From assembly GCF_009914755.1 (NCBI RefSeq), contig NC_060937.1: 64,000 nt of DNA. One strand, 5' to 3'. Origin of the DNA: the human T2T-CHM13v2.0 reference genome, Homo sapiens. Of this stretch, positions 1-14,449 are shown piece by piece. The notes beneath the pieces were generated by a model, which saw only the letters and a list, made by a program, of their open reading frames with translations, was not told the DNA's origin and ran no database searches. A program made the translations under genes and the position numbers. Positions within the stretch are counted from its first letter, which is position 1. Each line of letters opens with the position of its first letter.

Positions 1-961
1 AAAAAGTAATAGGTCAATTTAAATGAATACTCTTATTATCAACTAATAATACTTAATCCACAAAAATTCTCATTTGTCACTAGATGTGGGTTTCATATAC
101 AAATACTAAAGTTTGTGCAATTTTACTTATGTGGTTTCTTTTCAGCACAGGAAAATTTAGACAAAATCATATTCATCTATGAATAAATGGATATTTATAA
201 TTATATTACTGAAGCCTATCAGTGCATTTCTAGTACTATCATGAATCAGTTTAAAGAAATTTGTAGCTCCTCAAATTTTTTCCAGTGACATTCATGCTAT
301 TCTCAGGATTTGTTTCATAAGAGTTCCACAAGTTGTACTTTCAGTTGAGCTTCGCATATAACATTTTTTATTTCTTCCCCTGCTTTGGCTTTCAATGTAG
401 AGATCCTGCTTTTACTGCTACAGATTTCATTGCTTAGTGCAAGATCTCAAGGCACTTAAGCACTAAGGAAGTCTTTATTTTCATTTTTCTCTCTTCTAAA
501 AGATTATCTGTCTAGTTTGCTGCTCATTACTCTGAGTTTCATGAAAACATATATTCTACAAGTCATCTCAGTAAAGAAATCACTATTCACTCATATATTC
601 TAGCAAATAGGAAACAAGGTATTGTTTCTAAATTTTCTATATGCCTTTATTGAAACGTCCTTAATTTGTACTTGCTTTGTGTAATAGTTCCTGCATCCTT
701 GGACTCTAAAATGAGAAGATACTGGAGTGATAAATTTCCATCTTTTAGATTATTTGTCCACTCTTATCCTTCTAAGCTATTTGTTAATTCAAATTTAGGC
801 ATTTCAATTTCCCCTACCCTTAAGTAGTATTTTTCTGGAAGTCCCTAATTCCTATATTGGATGTCCAGATATGTTTGCTTATCAAAGAAGACCATTTCTT
901 AGATGTCTCCTTTTAACTAAGCATGTTAAAAAAAAAAATTGGCAATAAAAGCATTGTGTTC

Positions 962-1261
962 GGCCGGGCCTGATGGCTCATGCCTGTAATCCCAGCACTT
1001 TGGGAAGCCGAGGCGGGCGGATGGCTTGAGGTCGGGAGTTCAAGACCAGCCTGACCAACACGGAGAAACCCCATCTCCACTAAAAATACAAAATTAGCCA
1101 GGCGTGCTGGTGCATGCCTGTAATCCCAGCTACTCAGGAGGCTGAGGCAGGAGAATCACTTGAACCCGGGAAGCGGAGGTTGCAGTTGGCCAATATCGTG
1201 CCATTGCCCTCCAACCTGGGCAACAAACGAAAATCCGTCTCAAAAAAAAAAAAAAAAAAAA
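962..1261 (+). mobile_element. Alu, full length (AluSp-like)
   Basis: GGCCGGGC start, two arms and poly(A). Motifs GAGGTCGGGAG and CCTGACCAACACGGAGAAACCCC fit AluSp. Imperfect TSD AAAAGCATTGTGTTC / AAAAGAACTGTGTTC. Confidence 0.95.
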
Positions 1262-1549
1262 GAACTGTGTTCATAATCACCAGTATTTTTATAGTCATAG
1301 CATTGCTTGATCTATACAGAAAATTTTCCATTTTTCTTTAATATACTAATTTTTCTATAGAAATACCTTTCTTTCCCAGGGAAAATTCAAAATTATTCAA
1401 TTCTTACTGAATTATAATATATTATCATATTTATAATAGACTTTAAAAATGTTTGTTTCAGTGCTTTTTCTCAGAATAGATCAGGGGTCATGTCTATTTT
1501 ACTTTGGACCTAGAATAGTGCCTGACATATAATAAACGCTTAAACATTT

Positions 1550-3900
1550 TTATTAAATTTTATTTTTGAAATAACTTTAAATTTAGAAGAAAGATGAAAA
1601 GGTAGTCCAAAAAGCTCCTATATACCAAGAATCAGGATCTCTTTAGGCTAGCATCTTACATACCAATGCTTCTATACTTACCAAAATTAAAAAAAAATAT
1701 TAGTACAATACAGTTAAATAAACTATAGATTTTATTTTAATATCATCAGGTTTACTAGTAACTTTCTTTTTTCTCTCTTTAAAGATCCAATGCATGATAG
1801 CACATAGCATCTAAAGGTCATTGATTCTGGGACAGGTTTTTGGTGCTACTTTATATTTAAGGACCTTGAAATTCTGGAGTACATATTATATAGACTGGGA
1901 TTATGAATTTTGGTGATGAGTACAGACGTGAAATATTCTACTTGTCTCGTTATGTTAGAAAGCCCATGATATCAATGAAAATTACTACTTGTGATGTAAA
2001 TGTTGCTTCTGTAATTACGGTTGTGGACGCTGAGTTTTGTCATTGTAAAGTTACGAATTTTTCCTTTTCATATTCTATGCTTTAGGGGCAGATTACCAAG
2101 TCCAATCCAAACTCAAAGCATGTGAAATAAGGCTCTACTTACTGGAAGGGAGGGAGTATAAAATATTGATTACATATGTAAGACTCTTCAGAGTAATTAA
2201 TAAATATTTTTGCAGAATACTTTGATTCTATACAAATAACTCATTTCTCTTCAAAGTTTCTGCTACAAATTTTAACATTTGCTGATGGATCTTGCATGTA
2301 GCAATTACATTTTAGTGTTCTAAAGGTGATTTTTTATTACCTTATTTATTCTATGTATATTTACTAGGAATCTTTTATAAATGTGTTTTATTCATTCTTC
2401 ATATATATAATATGTAGATAGGATGTATATACATAGATACATAGATATACATATGTATTCATAGAACTGTTGACAAATGCAGCAGCACAAGGTTCATTCT
2501 AGCCTTTTTCCATTGTTTATTTGCAGCATCTTTCTCTGACAGTGAAAAACTTGGATGCCATTTTTAAAAATATATTTACTCATGTCTGTAACTACAGTAT
2601 AAAAGTCAGGTGATTCCAGAATTGCTAACTATGTGAGAAACAAATTTATCACTAGGGGAGGGTATTGTGTACAGTTCTTCTTTGTCTCCAGGCCTATATT
2701 ACTCAATCAAAATAAAATTTTCCGAATTTTTGTGTCAGTTCTTTTTTTTTCTCCACCCCTTTAATTGAGGTTACACATCATACATTGATAATATGGTTAA
2801 AAACATTTATCACACTCTGTTGTAAATCTTATTCCCCTAACATCTTTTGTTTTTCAGAAAGTAAACTACATCCTTTGTGGTTAACATTTTTGTAAATTTG
2901 GCAAAGACATGAAGTCAGGTACCCACCACCAGTGTACAATGTAGAACAGTACCGTCACCCAAGAAATTCTCTGTACTTCACGTATTTACTGTTCCACTAA
3001 CCCAGTCCATGGCAATAATTAACTAGTTTTGCATTCCCTTTTTTTTCCCTCCAGAAAAGAATAAAAAGAGTGTAAAGTAACATATAGCCATATATGTCCA
3101 GATTCTTCACTTAACAGAATACAGTTAAAAACCATCTGGCATGGTTTGGTTCTGTGTCCCCACCCAAATCTGATGTTGACTTGTAATTTCCAATGTTGGG
3201 GGAGGGAACTGATGGGAGGCAATTGACCACAGGGGTGGATTTCCCCCATGCTGTTCTCATGATAGCGAATGAGTTCTCACAAGATCTCATAGTTTAAAAG
3301 TGTGGGACACTTCCCCCCTTGCTCTTTTCTCTCTCTCCTGCTACCATGTGAAGAAGGTGTTTGCTTCCCCTTTGCCTTCCACCATGATTGTAAGTTTCCT
3401 GAGGCCTCCCAGTCATGCTTTCTGTTAACCCTGCATAACTGTGAGTCAATTAAACCTCTTTTTTTCATTACCCAGTCTCAGGTAGCTCTTTATAGCAAGT
3501 GAGAATGGATTAATACACCATCCACATTGCTTTAAAATTAAGCTTTATTTTTTTAATTACTGAGTAATATTCCATTGCATAAACACACAACAGATTATAT
3601 TTCTATTAATCCGCTGAAGGACAGTTGCTTCTAGTTTCGAGTTACAATGAATAAAATTGACAAAAACCTTTCTGTAAAGATTTTTTTTAAATATTAGGAA
3701 ATGGAAAAATTTCCTTACCTAATACTTAGAAATGTAGAATTACATGGTAAGTATATATTTAATGTTAGAAGAAACTGTCTAACTACTTTATATGCTGGTT
3801 GTTACATTTCATTTATTCATCAGCAATGAATATATGTTTCCCATTGTTTCATGCCCTCATCAGCAGTTGGTATTGTCAGGTGTATTATTGCTGTTGTTAG
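1550..3900 (-). mobile_element. Old L1M (L1MC/MD-like) 3' region, interrupted by an MSTA LTR
   Basis: Degraded antisense L1 3'UTR/ORF2-end motifs such as TTGAAATAACTTTAAATTTAGAAG, AATATTCCATTG and AGAAACTGTCTAACT. Confidence 0.6.
3137..3517 (+). mobile_element. MaLR solo LTR (MSTA-like)
   Basis: TG...CA termini (TGGCATGGTTTGG ... GGATTAATACA), MST core CCCACCCAAATCT and GTAAGTTTCCTGAGGCCTCCCCAG-like, perfect 5-bp TSD CCATC at 3132-3136 and 3518-3522. Confidence 0.93.
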
Positions 3901-3924
3901 GTTTTTTTTTTTTGTAAAAGTCTA

Positions 3925-6900
3925 CAAAACTCCTGGCTCACAACACATTGACAGGATCAAAATCACATATATCAATGTTACCCCTGAATGTAAATGGTCT
4001 AAATACCCCCTTAAAAGCATAGATTGTCAAGCTGGATAAAAAGTAAAGACTCTGTCTGATGACTTCAAGAGATCCGTCTCACATGTAATGACACCCACAG
4101 GATAAAAGTAAAGGAAAGGAGAAAGAGCTACCATGTAAAGGAAAAACAAAAAAGAGCAGGAATCACAATTATTACAGCAGATAAAACAGACTTGAAGTAA
4201 GTAATAGTCAAGAAGGACAAAGAAGGACATTACATGATAAAAGGTTCATTTTAACAAGAATAGGTAACGATTCTAACTACATACCCACACAGTATTTGAG
4301 CACTCAGATTCATAAAAAAAATTTTTTTGACCTAGGAAAAGAATTAGTCAGACAAAAGTAGTGAAATACTTCAACACCCCACTGACAGCTTAAGACAGAT
4401 CATAGAGGCAGAAAACTAACAGAAAAGCTGGACACAAATTGGATTCAATCAATTGGACCTAATAGACAGCTAAAGAATACTCCACCAAACAACCACAGAA
4501 TATACTTTGTTTTCATCTACATATAGAAGAGATTCTAAGATTGACCACATAGTCAGTCATAAAGCAAGTCTCTAAAAATACAAAAAAAAAAAAAAAAAAA
4601 AAAAATCATGCCAAGCACAGTCTTGGATAATAGTGTAATAAAAATAGAAACAATATCAGGAAGATCTCTGAACACCGTACAAATACAAGGAAATTAAACA
4701 ACTTGTTCCTGAATAACTCAGGTGAAAAAAATAAATTAAGGCAGAAAGAAAACATTCTTGGCAATTAACGAAAATAGAGACACAGCTTACCAAAATATTT
4801 TGGAAACAGCTATAGCAGTGTTAAGAGGAAAATTTATAGCACTGAATGCCTTCATCATGAAGTTAGAAATATTTTAAATTAACAATCTAAAAACACATAT
4901 ATAAGGACTAGGGAAAAAAAGAACAAACAAACCCCAAAGCTAGCAGAAGAAATGAAATAACTAAAACCAGAGAAGAACTGAACAAAATTGAAATTCAAAA
5001 CTCAATTCAAAAGATCAATGAAACCAAAAGTGGGTTCTTCAAAAAGTAAATAAAATTGATAGACCATTAGCTAGATTAACAAAGAAGAATCAGTATCAAA
5101 ATAAGTATAATCAGAAATGACAAAGATGACATTACAACTCATCCCACAGAAATAAAAAAGATCCTCTGAGATTATTATGAACACCTTTATGCACATAAAT
5201 TAGAAAATCTAGAGAAAATTAATTAATTCCTAGAAAATCACAACCTTCCATTATTAAACAAAGAAGAAAGTAAAAACCTGAATATACCAATAACAAGTTG
5301 TGAAACTGAATAAGTAATAAAAAATAAAACAAAATTTAAAAATACTGATAAAAAGCCCTGGAGTGATAGATTCGCACCCAAATTCTACCAGACGTATAAG
5401 GAAGAGTTAATAACAACCCTACTGAATTATTCCTAAAATGGAGAAGGAGGGTCTTCTACTTAATTCATTCTACAATGCCAGCATCAGACTGATACCAAAA
5501 TCTGGCAGAGAAACGTCAAAAATAGAAAACTTCAGGCCAATACCCCGATGAACATAGACACAAAAATCCTCAAAAAAATACTAGTAACCTGAATCTAGCA
5601 GCACAACAGTAAGTTAATTCATCATGGTCAAGTGATCAAATAGGGTTTATTTGGGGGATGGGAGTTTAGTTCAACATACACAAATCAACAAATGTGATTT
5701 ACCATCTAAAAAATAAAAATAAAAATGAAAACCATATGATCATCTCAATAGACTCAGAAAAAGCCTTCAATTAAATGCAATATCCCATTATAATAAAAAT
5801 CCTCAACATACTTGACATTGAAAGAACATGCTTCAAAATAAAAAGAGCCATCTATAACAAACACACACCCAACATCATACTGAACAGGCAAAAGCTGAAA
5901 GCATTCCCCTTGAGAACAGGAACAAGACAAGGATTCACACTCCTATTCAACATATTAATGGAAGACCTAGCCAGAGCCATCAGGCAAGAGAAAGAAATAA
6001 AAATAATTCAGGAAAAGTAGTCAAACTATTGCTTTGCAGAAGATGTGATTCTATATCTACAAAGTTGTAAAGAATATCACAAAATGCTCCTATAATTGAA
6101 AAACAACTTCAGCAAAGTTTCAGGGTCCAAAATCAGTATACAAAAATTAGTAACATTTCTATACACCAATAATGTTCTAGCTGAGAACCAAATCAAGAGC
6201 ATTATTTCATTTACAATAGCCACACAAAAAAATAAAATACCGAGGAATGCAGCTAACCAAGGAGGTAAAAGATCTCTACAAGGAGAATTGGTAAACACTA
6301 CTGAAATAAATCAGAAATGACAAAAACAAATGGAAAGATATTTTGTCTCATGGATTAGAAGAATCAATATCACTAAAATGGCCATACTTCCCAAAACTAT
6401 TTACATATTCAATTCTATTCCTATCAAATTACCAATGCCATTTTTCACAGAATTAATGACTAGAAAAACTATTCTAAAATTCATATGTAACCAAAGAAGT
6501 GCCCAAATAGGTAAAGCAATCCTAAATAAAAAGAACAAAGCTGTAGGCATCGCATTGCCCAACTTCAAACTATAAGTTTACAGTAACCAAACAACATGGT
6601 ACTAGCACAAAAACATATAGACAGACAAATGGATCAGGCTAGAGGACCCAGAAATAAAGCTGCACACCTTCAGTCATTTGATGTTTGGCAAAGTCAACAA
6701 AAACAAACAATGGGAAAGGACCTCCTATTCAATAAATCATGCTGGAATAACTGATTAGCTTTCTGCAGAAGATTGAAACTGGACCCTTTCCTTTCACTCT
6801 ATACAAAAATTAACTTGAGATGGAATAAAAACTTAAATGTAAGACCTCCAACTATAAAAGCCCTAGAAGGAAATCTAGGAAATAGCCTTGTCACAATTAG

Positions 6901-7390
6901 CTTCGGCAAATAATTTATGGCCAAGTCCCCAAAAGGAGTTGCAACAAAAACAAAAATTGACAACCAAATTGTAAAAAGTTGGCAACCAAATTGGGACCAA
7001 ATTAAACTAAAGAGCTCTGCATACCAAAAGAAACTATCAACAAAGTAAACAGACAACCTGAAGAATGGGAGAAAATATTTGCAAACTATGTATCTGCCAA
7101 AGATCTAATATTCAGAACATATAAGGGAATAAAACAAATCATCAGGCATAAAATAAACAGCCTTATTTAAAAAGTGCTGAAAACATGAACAGACACTTCT
7201 CAAAAGAAGTCATACAAGTGGCCAAAAAATATATGAAAAAGTTTTTCATCACTGACCATAAGGGAAATGCAAATCAAAATCACAATGAGCTACCATCTCA
7301 CACCAGTCAGAATGGCTATTATTAAAAAATCAAAACACAACAGATTATGGTAAGATGGAAAATTAAAGGGAAGGCATACACTCTGTTGGT
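3925..7390 (+). mobile_element. L1 (L1PB-like) ORF2 remnant lacking its 3' UTR; disrupted by stops and frameshifts
   Basis: Begins near the ORF2 start (TTGACAGGATCAAAATCACATAT). ORF fragments [14 protein letters not shown] and [16 protein letters not shown] are L1 ORF2p RT and downstream motifs. Similarity ends at CACTCTGTTGGT with no poly(A). Confidence 0.92.
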
Positions 7391-8345
7391 CCAGAAGAAA
7401 ATTGTTTTTTTTTTCTTTCTTTACCACATTTGTTTAACAATATAAATTCTGCTGTAATGTAAACTGGCCTGAACTGTAACACCAAATTTAAAATTATGGG
7501 CATAATTTAAATTCTCAGAGCTGTTTTCTTAAAATATAAAGTTGACTGGATAAGATAGTTTGCTTTAAAATATGTTGCTTGGTGCTTGAAACACAACAGA
7601 TTCTCACTTCACTAGTGTGAATTATTTTAACAAGTATTTATTGATTACTTTACGTTAAAAACAATTTCAGATTCTTGAGAGGTACCAGTAAACAAAACCT
7701 GTCTAAAACTGAATGAAAAATATTACATAATGCCTAATATAATTCCATTCTATTTTCCAAGACAGACAAAAGCAAAACCTATATTGGTTCATCGGCATTG
7801 TTTATAGAAAATGTACTGATTGATGTTGTACACCCAGTGTCATTTGTATTATCTTGGTATCTACTTTCAGCCTGGTCATGCAGCCCATTTTTCTTTCCAG
7901 CTAGAATTGTATGAAAGATTCCTCTTGGGACAAGATCGGTAGTTTTCTTTGATTTATGTATGTTGCACAGCCTGCACAACTGAGAATATGAGACTGCTTC
8001 TATTGGTCCTCTCTGATGTTTGCCTGAACATTCTCCTGCTCTACTATACCCTTTACCTTTTTTAAAGTGTTATGTGAGAGTGTTATGTGAAATTTTATGA
8101 ATGATTTCAGTTAACTGACCCAGGGTAATTACTACACTTTCTTAATTGTATTTGTCAATGTGGCCACCTTTGTACTGGTATATATCATCTCAATTTTCTG
8201 AAAATTATTAAAAACCTTAATATATGATAGGAAATAATGTTACAATATGATAGAACATAATAATGTTCTATTCTTGGCAATTTGCCCATGTATACACTGT
8301 TTAAAATAAGCTCGCTAAATATTCATGTTCCAAATCTACTAGAAC

Positions 8346-8652
8346 TTTTTTTTTTTTTTTTTGAGACCGAGTTGCTCTCTTGTTGCCCAGGCTGGAGTGC
8401 AATGGCGTGATCTGTGATCTTGGCTCACTGCAACCTCCGCCTCCTGGGTTCAAGCAATTCTCCTGCCTCAGCCTCCTGAGTAGCTGGGATTACAGCCACC
8501 CATCACCAAGCCCAGCTAATTTTTTGTATTTTTAGTAGAGACAGGGTTTCCCTATGTTGTCCAGGCTGGTCTCAAGCTCCTGACCTCGGGCGATCCACCC
8601 GCCTCAGCCTCCCAAAGTGCTGAGATTGCAGGCGTGAGCCACCATGCCCGGA
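8346..8652 (-). mobile_element. Alu (AluSq/Sp-like)
   Basis: Poly(T) followed by antisense Alu. CTCTTGTTGCCCAGG and GTGCAATGG variants fit Sq/Sp. Confidence 0.95.
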
Positions 8653-8659
8653 TAAACTC

Positions 8660-9700
8660 TACATTTTCAATGTGAGTATTTTAAATCTATAGGTCACTTT
8701 AATGGGATTTTGATTGTGATTACTTTGAACTTTTAGATCACTTTGGAAAGATTTACTAGCTTTATCAATTTTTTCCTCATCCATAAATATGTCATATTTT
8801 TCTCTTTAGTTAGTCTCTTTCAGTTCTCATTAAACTTCTATTATTTTCTCCATAAAGGTTTTAGGCAAGCTACTTTATATTTAGATCTAGTTACTACAAA
8901 TTTTTGCTTTTAAAAATATTTTCATTTAAATTTTATTTTTGTTTCCTTTTCAAATACAGAAATATTTAGATTTTTTCTTTACTTCTTAAATTAAAAAAAG
9001 ATACATTATTCAGTTAAATTTCAATTTCACAATCATTAGATATTAATATTATAAGTATTTTGTTTATGTCTACATACACTCTAATGCTGTCTATGAAAAC
9101 TTAATTTTTTTGTCAATTTTTGGTGTTTTACTGTATTCTTATTTATTTACTTTTCTCATTAAAATGAACAGAGCCTCCAATATAACACAGAGGTGAACTT
9201 TAATAATAGTAGCCATTCTCAATTGTTCTTAATATCAAAGTGTAGGTTTTTATTATTGCATAATTACTTTCTATAAATATTTAATACAATTAACCTTTTT
9301 ATGTTAACAAACTTTTCTATGATTTTTAGTATTGCTAAGAAGTTTTATTTATCATGACTGAATATTGAATGTTTTCAAATAATTTATCTAAATCTATCAA
9401 GATGTAAGTTTTTGTTTACATAATTAAAGTGATTTGCTTCTCTTTTAATCTGTTAATCAGTGAGTCACACTGAGAGATTAACTAATGTTAAATCAACTGA
9501 TATTTTCTAATGTTAAAACTAATGTTTATTCCTGATAATTTTATGACTTCACCATAAGGCATTATAATTTTTTACATTGCTGTATTCAGTTTGCCAATAA
9601 TTTCTTTACAGAATTTGTTTCTCCATATGTGATAGAAATTGGCTTAAAATTTTCTTTTAATATTATTCTCAAATGTTATTGTATCATAGTCATTTTTATC
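8660..9700 (-). mobile_element. Highly degraded L1ME ORF2 fragment
   Basis: Antisense L1 motifs GGGATTTTGATTG, TTCAGTTTGCCAATA and AGAAATTGGCT. Confidence 0.5.
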
Positions 9701-9799
9701 TTTGTTTTTCAAATTCTAGGACACTATTAAATTGTGTAATTTTCAAATAATTTCTCAAAGCAATATATTTATGTCTGTAACTGACAAGTTCTTAGGTGA

Positions 9800-10945
<1,146 letters not shown>

Positions 10946-11942
10946 TCCTACTTTTAAAAACATTTGAACCCGACAATTTGAAAATATTAACAAAGTAAAA
11001 ATTAAAAAAATGTTATCTCCCATGCCACCTATAATAAATGATACTGCTATAAATTTGTTAGAGAAGTCTGAAAAAAATTGTATGTATATTATTTTTTCCA
11101 ATTAAATACTTCCAGCTTTTATGGGGGGCAAGTCTGTATTTTATGAAGTATTGTGGATAAATATACCAATACATATCTTCCTACAGACGATATAGAAATA
11201 AAGTGATAGAGTTTAGTCAAATTTAAATTAATTAATAATGTGAAATAAAGTTTTAAAAAATAGTTTAAAATCATTAAATGAGAAAACTGTGAAGTGATAG
11301 AAAGGAATTTTTTTTCATTACTAAAGACAAAATAGAAAAACAATAGCTATTTTTAATATAAAAATTTAAGTGTTCCAAGTTGAAATAGCAAGTAAATTTT
11401 AATGGAGAACATATAGTAATGAAGATGTTAAAATTGAGAATTTAAAATTATAAGCTTATTTATTCAAGAACCTATTCTAGGAAGTTTCTATGTAATTACA
11501 GACAACTCACAATTGAATAGATATGTTATGCTCAAAGTTTATTGATTCACACAAAAACAAAATCAAGTGTAAAAATGATAAATGCTAAATGATAAATGCT
11601 AAATACTGTATTCAGTGAATATAAAAAGAGAAAGCAAATAATCCAGTGTTATAAAAGCCATTTAATGGTCTTGCACAATTCCAGCAACTAGAAAACAAGC
11701 TATGTTAGTAAAATGAGGTAAGAAAAATTTTGTATCTTTCTGAAATATTTAATTATTCTGGTCTACACAAAATTATTCCTAACAATACTGGTTTAAAACA
11801 TTACCTTGACTTCAATTATTGGTGGAGGTATTTCTAACTTCCTTCAAAAAAAGTTTCTGAAGTTAAATGAAAAGAAAAAAGCAATTTTTGTCACTAAAAA
11901 TTAGTACTGACTGCCACATATTCTCCCAAACTGTGAAAGGGA

Positions 11943-11945
<3 letters not shown>

Positions 11946-11978
<33 letters not shown>
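11946..11978. repeat. (GT)n microsatellite
   Basis: Perfect dinucleotide run. Confidence 0.98.
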
Positions 11979-11981
<3 letters not shown>

Positions 11982-12635
11982 GCATATATTGTAATAAAGA
12001 ACATTGAAAATTACTTTAGTATAATATGATCATAAAAGTAAAATTAAATTGACTACACCAATGTAGATAGAAATTCCATTTAACTGTGATATACAAATGT
12101 GCCTTTCATATATCCATCTACCACAAGAGTACTCTTCTTTGAGAATATTAGTCAAATGCTCAGCTCCCAACCCAATGTTATTTTCCACCTTCATTTGAAA
12201 ACCATAAATTCAGAAATCAACTGGATATAACACATTGGTTACATAATTTTATATCCTATAAAGTTAGGGTTTAACACAGGAAACAAACACATTTTAAAAC
12301 TATACATTTTAGACAGAAGTAAACTTAACACAGGAACTTAATACAGGGTGTTAAGTATGTAGAAAATCTGTGGAATTACTAGAGGAGATCTTAATTGCCT
12401 TCTATGAATTTCACCCACAACACATTGTAGAACTGATAATCCAAGGGACCTATTAAATCTCCTAGGATTTAATAGGCCACAATGATCAATAGTTCCGATA
12501 ACCTTAAAGTAATAAGTTACTACAACACTATTGCCAAAAACAAAAATAAAGAAATGTTAATACTCGTATTTGTCAGTATCAATTAACTAAATGCAGTCAT
12601 AACATTGTCTAAAGTTCCATCAGACCTTGTCCTCA

Positions 12636-14357
12636 TGTGTCCAGAATTGATGGGTTCTTGGTCTCACTGACTTCAAGAATGAAGTCCTGGACCCTCGCAG
12701 TGAGTATTACAGTTCTTAAAGATGGTGTGTCCGGAGTTTGTTCCTTCTGATGTTCGGACGTGTTGGGAGTTTCTTCCTTCTGGTGGGTTCGTGGTCTCGC
12801 TGGCTTCAGGAGTGACGCTGCAGACCTTCGCAGTGAGTGTTACAGCTCTTAAGGTGGAAGGTGGCACGCCTGGAGTTGTTCCTTCCTCCCGTCCAGAGTT
12901 GTTCATTCCTTCCGGGTGGGTTCTTGGTCTCGCTGGCCTCAGGAGTGAAGCTGCAGACATTCGTGGTGAGTGTTACAGCTCATAAAGACAGTGTGGACCC
13001 AAAGAGTGAGCAGCAGCAAGATTTATTGCAAAAAGTGAAAGAAAAATGCTTCCACAGTGTGGAAGGGGACATGAGTGGGTTGCAGCTGCTGGCTCTGGCA
13101 GCCTGCCTTTATTCCCTCATCTGGCCTCACGCACATCCTGCTGATTGGTCCATTTTACAGAGAGCTGATTGGTCCATTTTGACAGGGTGCTGATTGGTGC
13201 ATTTACGAACCTTGAGCTAGACACAAAAGTTCTCCAAGTCCCCACTAGACTAGCTAGACACAGAGCACTGATTGGTGTAATTACAAACCTTGAGCTAGAC
13301 ACAGGGTGCTGATTGGTGCGTTTTCAATCCCTGAGCCAGACACACAGTGCTGATTGGTGCATTTACAATTCTCTAGCTAGACATAAAAGTTCTCCAAGTC
13401 CCCATCAGATTAGCTAGACACAGAGCACGGACTGGTGCGTTTACAAACCTTTAGCTAGACACAGAGTGCTAATTGGTGTGTTTATGAACTTTGAGCTAGA
13501 CACAGGGTGCTGACTCATGCATTTACAATCCCTGAGCTAGACACAGAGTGCTGATTGGTGCATTTACAATCCTATAGCTAGATATAAGTCCCCACCAGAT
13601 TAGCTAGATACAGAGTGCCGAATGGTGCATCCACAAATCCCGAGCTAGACACAGAGTGCTGATTGCTGCATATACAATCCTCCAGCTAGACATAAAAGTT
13701 CTCCAAGTCCCCACCCAATCAGGAGCCCAGCTGGCTTCCCCTAGTGGATCCCACACTGGGGCCGTGGGCGGAGCTGCCTGTCAGTCCCACACCGTGTGCC
13801 CGCACTCCTCAGCCCTTGGGTGGTCGATGGGACTTGGCTCCGCAGAGCAGGGGGCAGCACCCGTCGGGGAGGCTCGGGTCACGCGGGAGCCCACTGGGGC
13901 TGGGGGGATTTGCTCAGGCATGGCAGGTGGCAGGTCCTGAGCCCTGCCCCGCGGGGAGGCAGCTGAGGCCTGGCGAGAATTCGAGTGTGGCATGGGTAGG
14001 CCAGCAGTGCTGGGCGACCCAGCACACCCTCCGCAGCTGCTGGCCCGGGTGCTAAGCCCCTCACTGCCTGGGGCCGGTGGCGCCGGCCACTCCAAGTGCA
14101 GAGCCCACCAAGTCCATGCCCACCCAGAACTCGCGCTGGCCTGCAAGTGCCATGCACAGCCTTGGTTCCTGCCTGCACCTCTCCCTCCACACCTTCCCAC
14201 AAACAGAGGGAGCTGGCTCTGGCCTCAGCCAGCCCAGAGAGGGGCTCCCACAGTGCAGTGGCAGGCTGAAGGGCTCCTCAAGCACAGCCAGAGTGGGCGC
14301 TGAGGCCGAGGATGCGCCTAGAGTGAGCGAGGGCTGCCAGCACGCTGTCACCTCTCA
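12636..14357 (-). mobile_element. Complete solo LTR12 (ERV9 LTR, LTR12C-like)
   Basis: Reverse complement starts TGAGAGGTGACAGCGTGCTGGCAGCCC and ends ...AATTCTGGACACA. 4-bp TSD CTCA at 12632-12635 and 14358-14361. GC-rich U3 and a tandem repeat array. Confidence 0.97.
13100..13720 (-). promoter_or_regulatory. ERV9 LTR enhancer/promoter: tandem ~40-bp units with CCAAT (NF-Y) boxes and an AATAAA TATA-like box
   Basis: Repeated GCTAGACACAG(A/G)GTGCTGATTGGTG units, about 8 with intact ATTGG. TTTATT at 13108-13113. Function is inferred from known ERV9 LTR biology. Confidence 0.75.
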
Positions 14358-14449
14358 CTCACATTTGTGTGTTGATTACTCTCCAACTTAATTTTAATCT
14401 GATATTTGAATCTTGTATTCTGATGAAGACATTTAAAAGTTAACCACTG

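Noticed and set aside
11574-11604. 14-bp tandem duplication AAATGATAAATGCT x2
   Set aside because: Ordinary slippage duplication.
13140-13715. CRISPR-like regularly spaced repeats
   Set aside because: Degenerate tandem units without unique spacers, inside an ERV9 LTR in a human genome. No cas genes.
12673-14391. Cluster of 87-139 aa ORFs on both strands
   Set aside because: All lie in the GC-rich LTR12, where stop codons are scarce. No recognisable domain.
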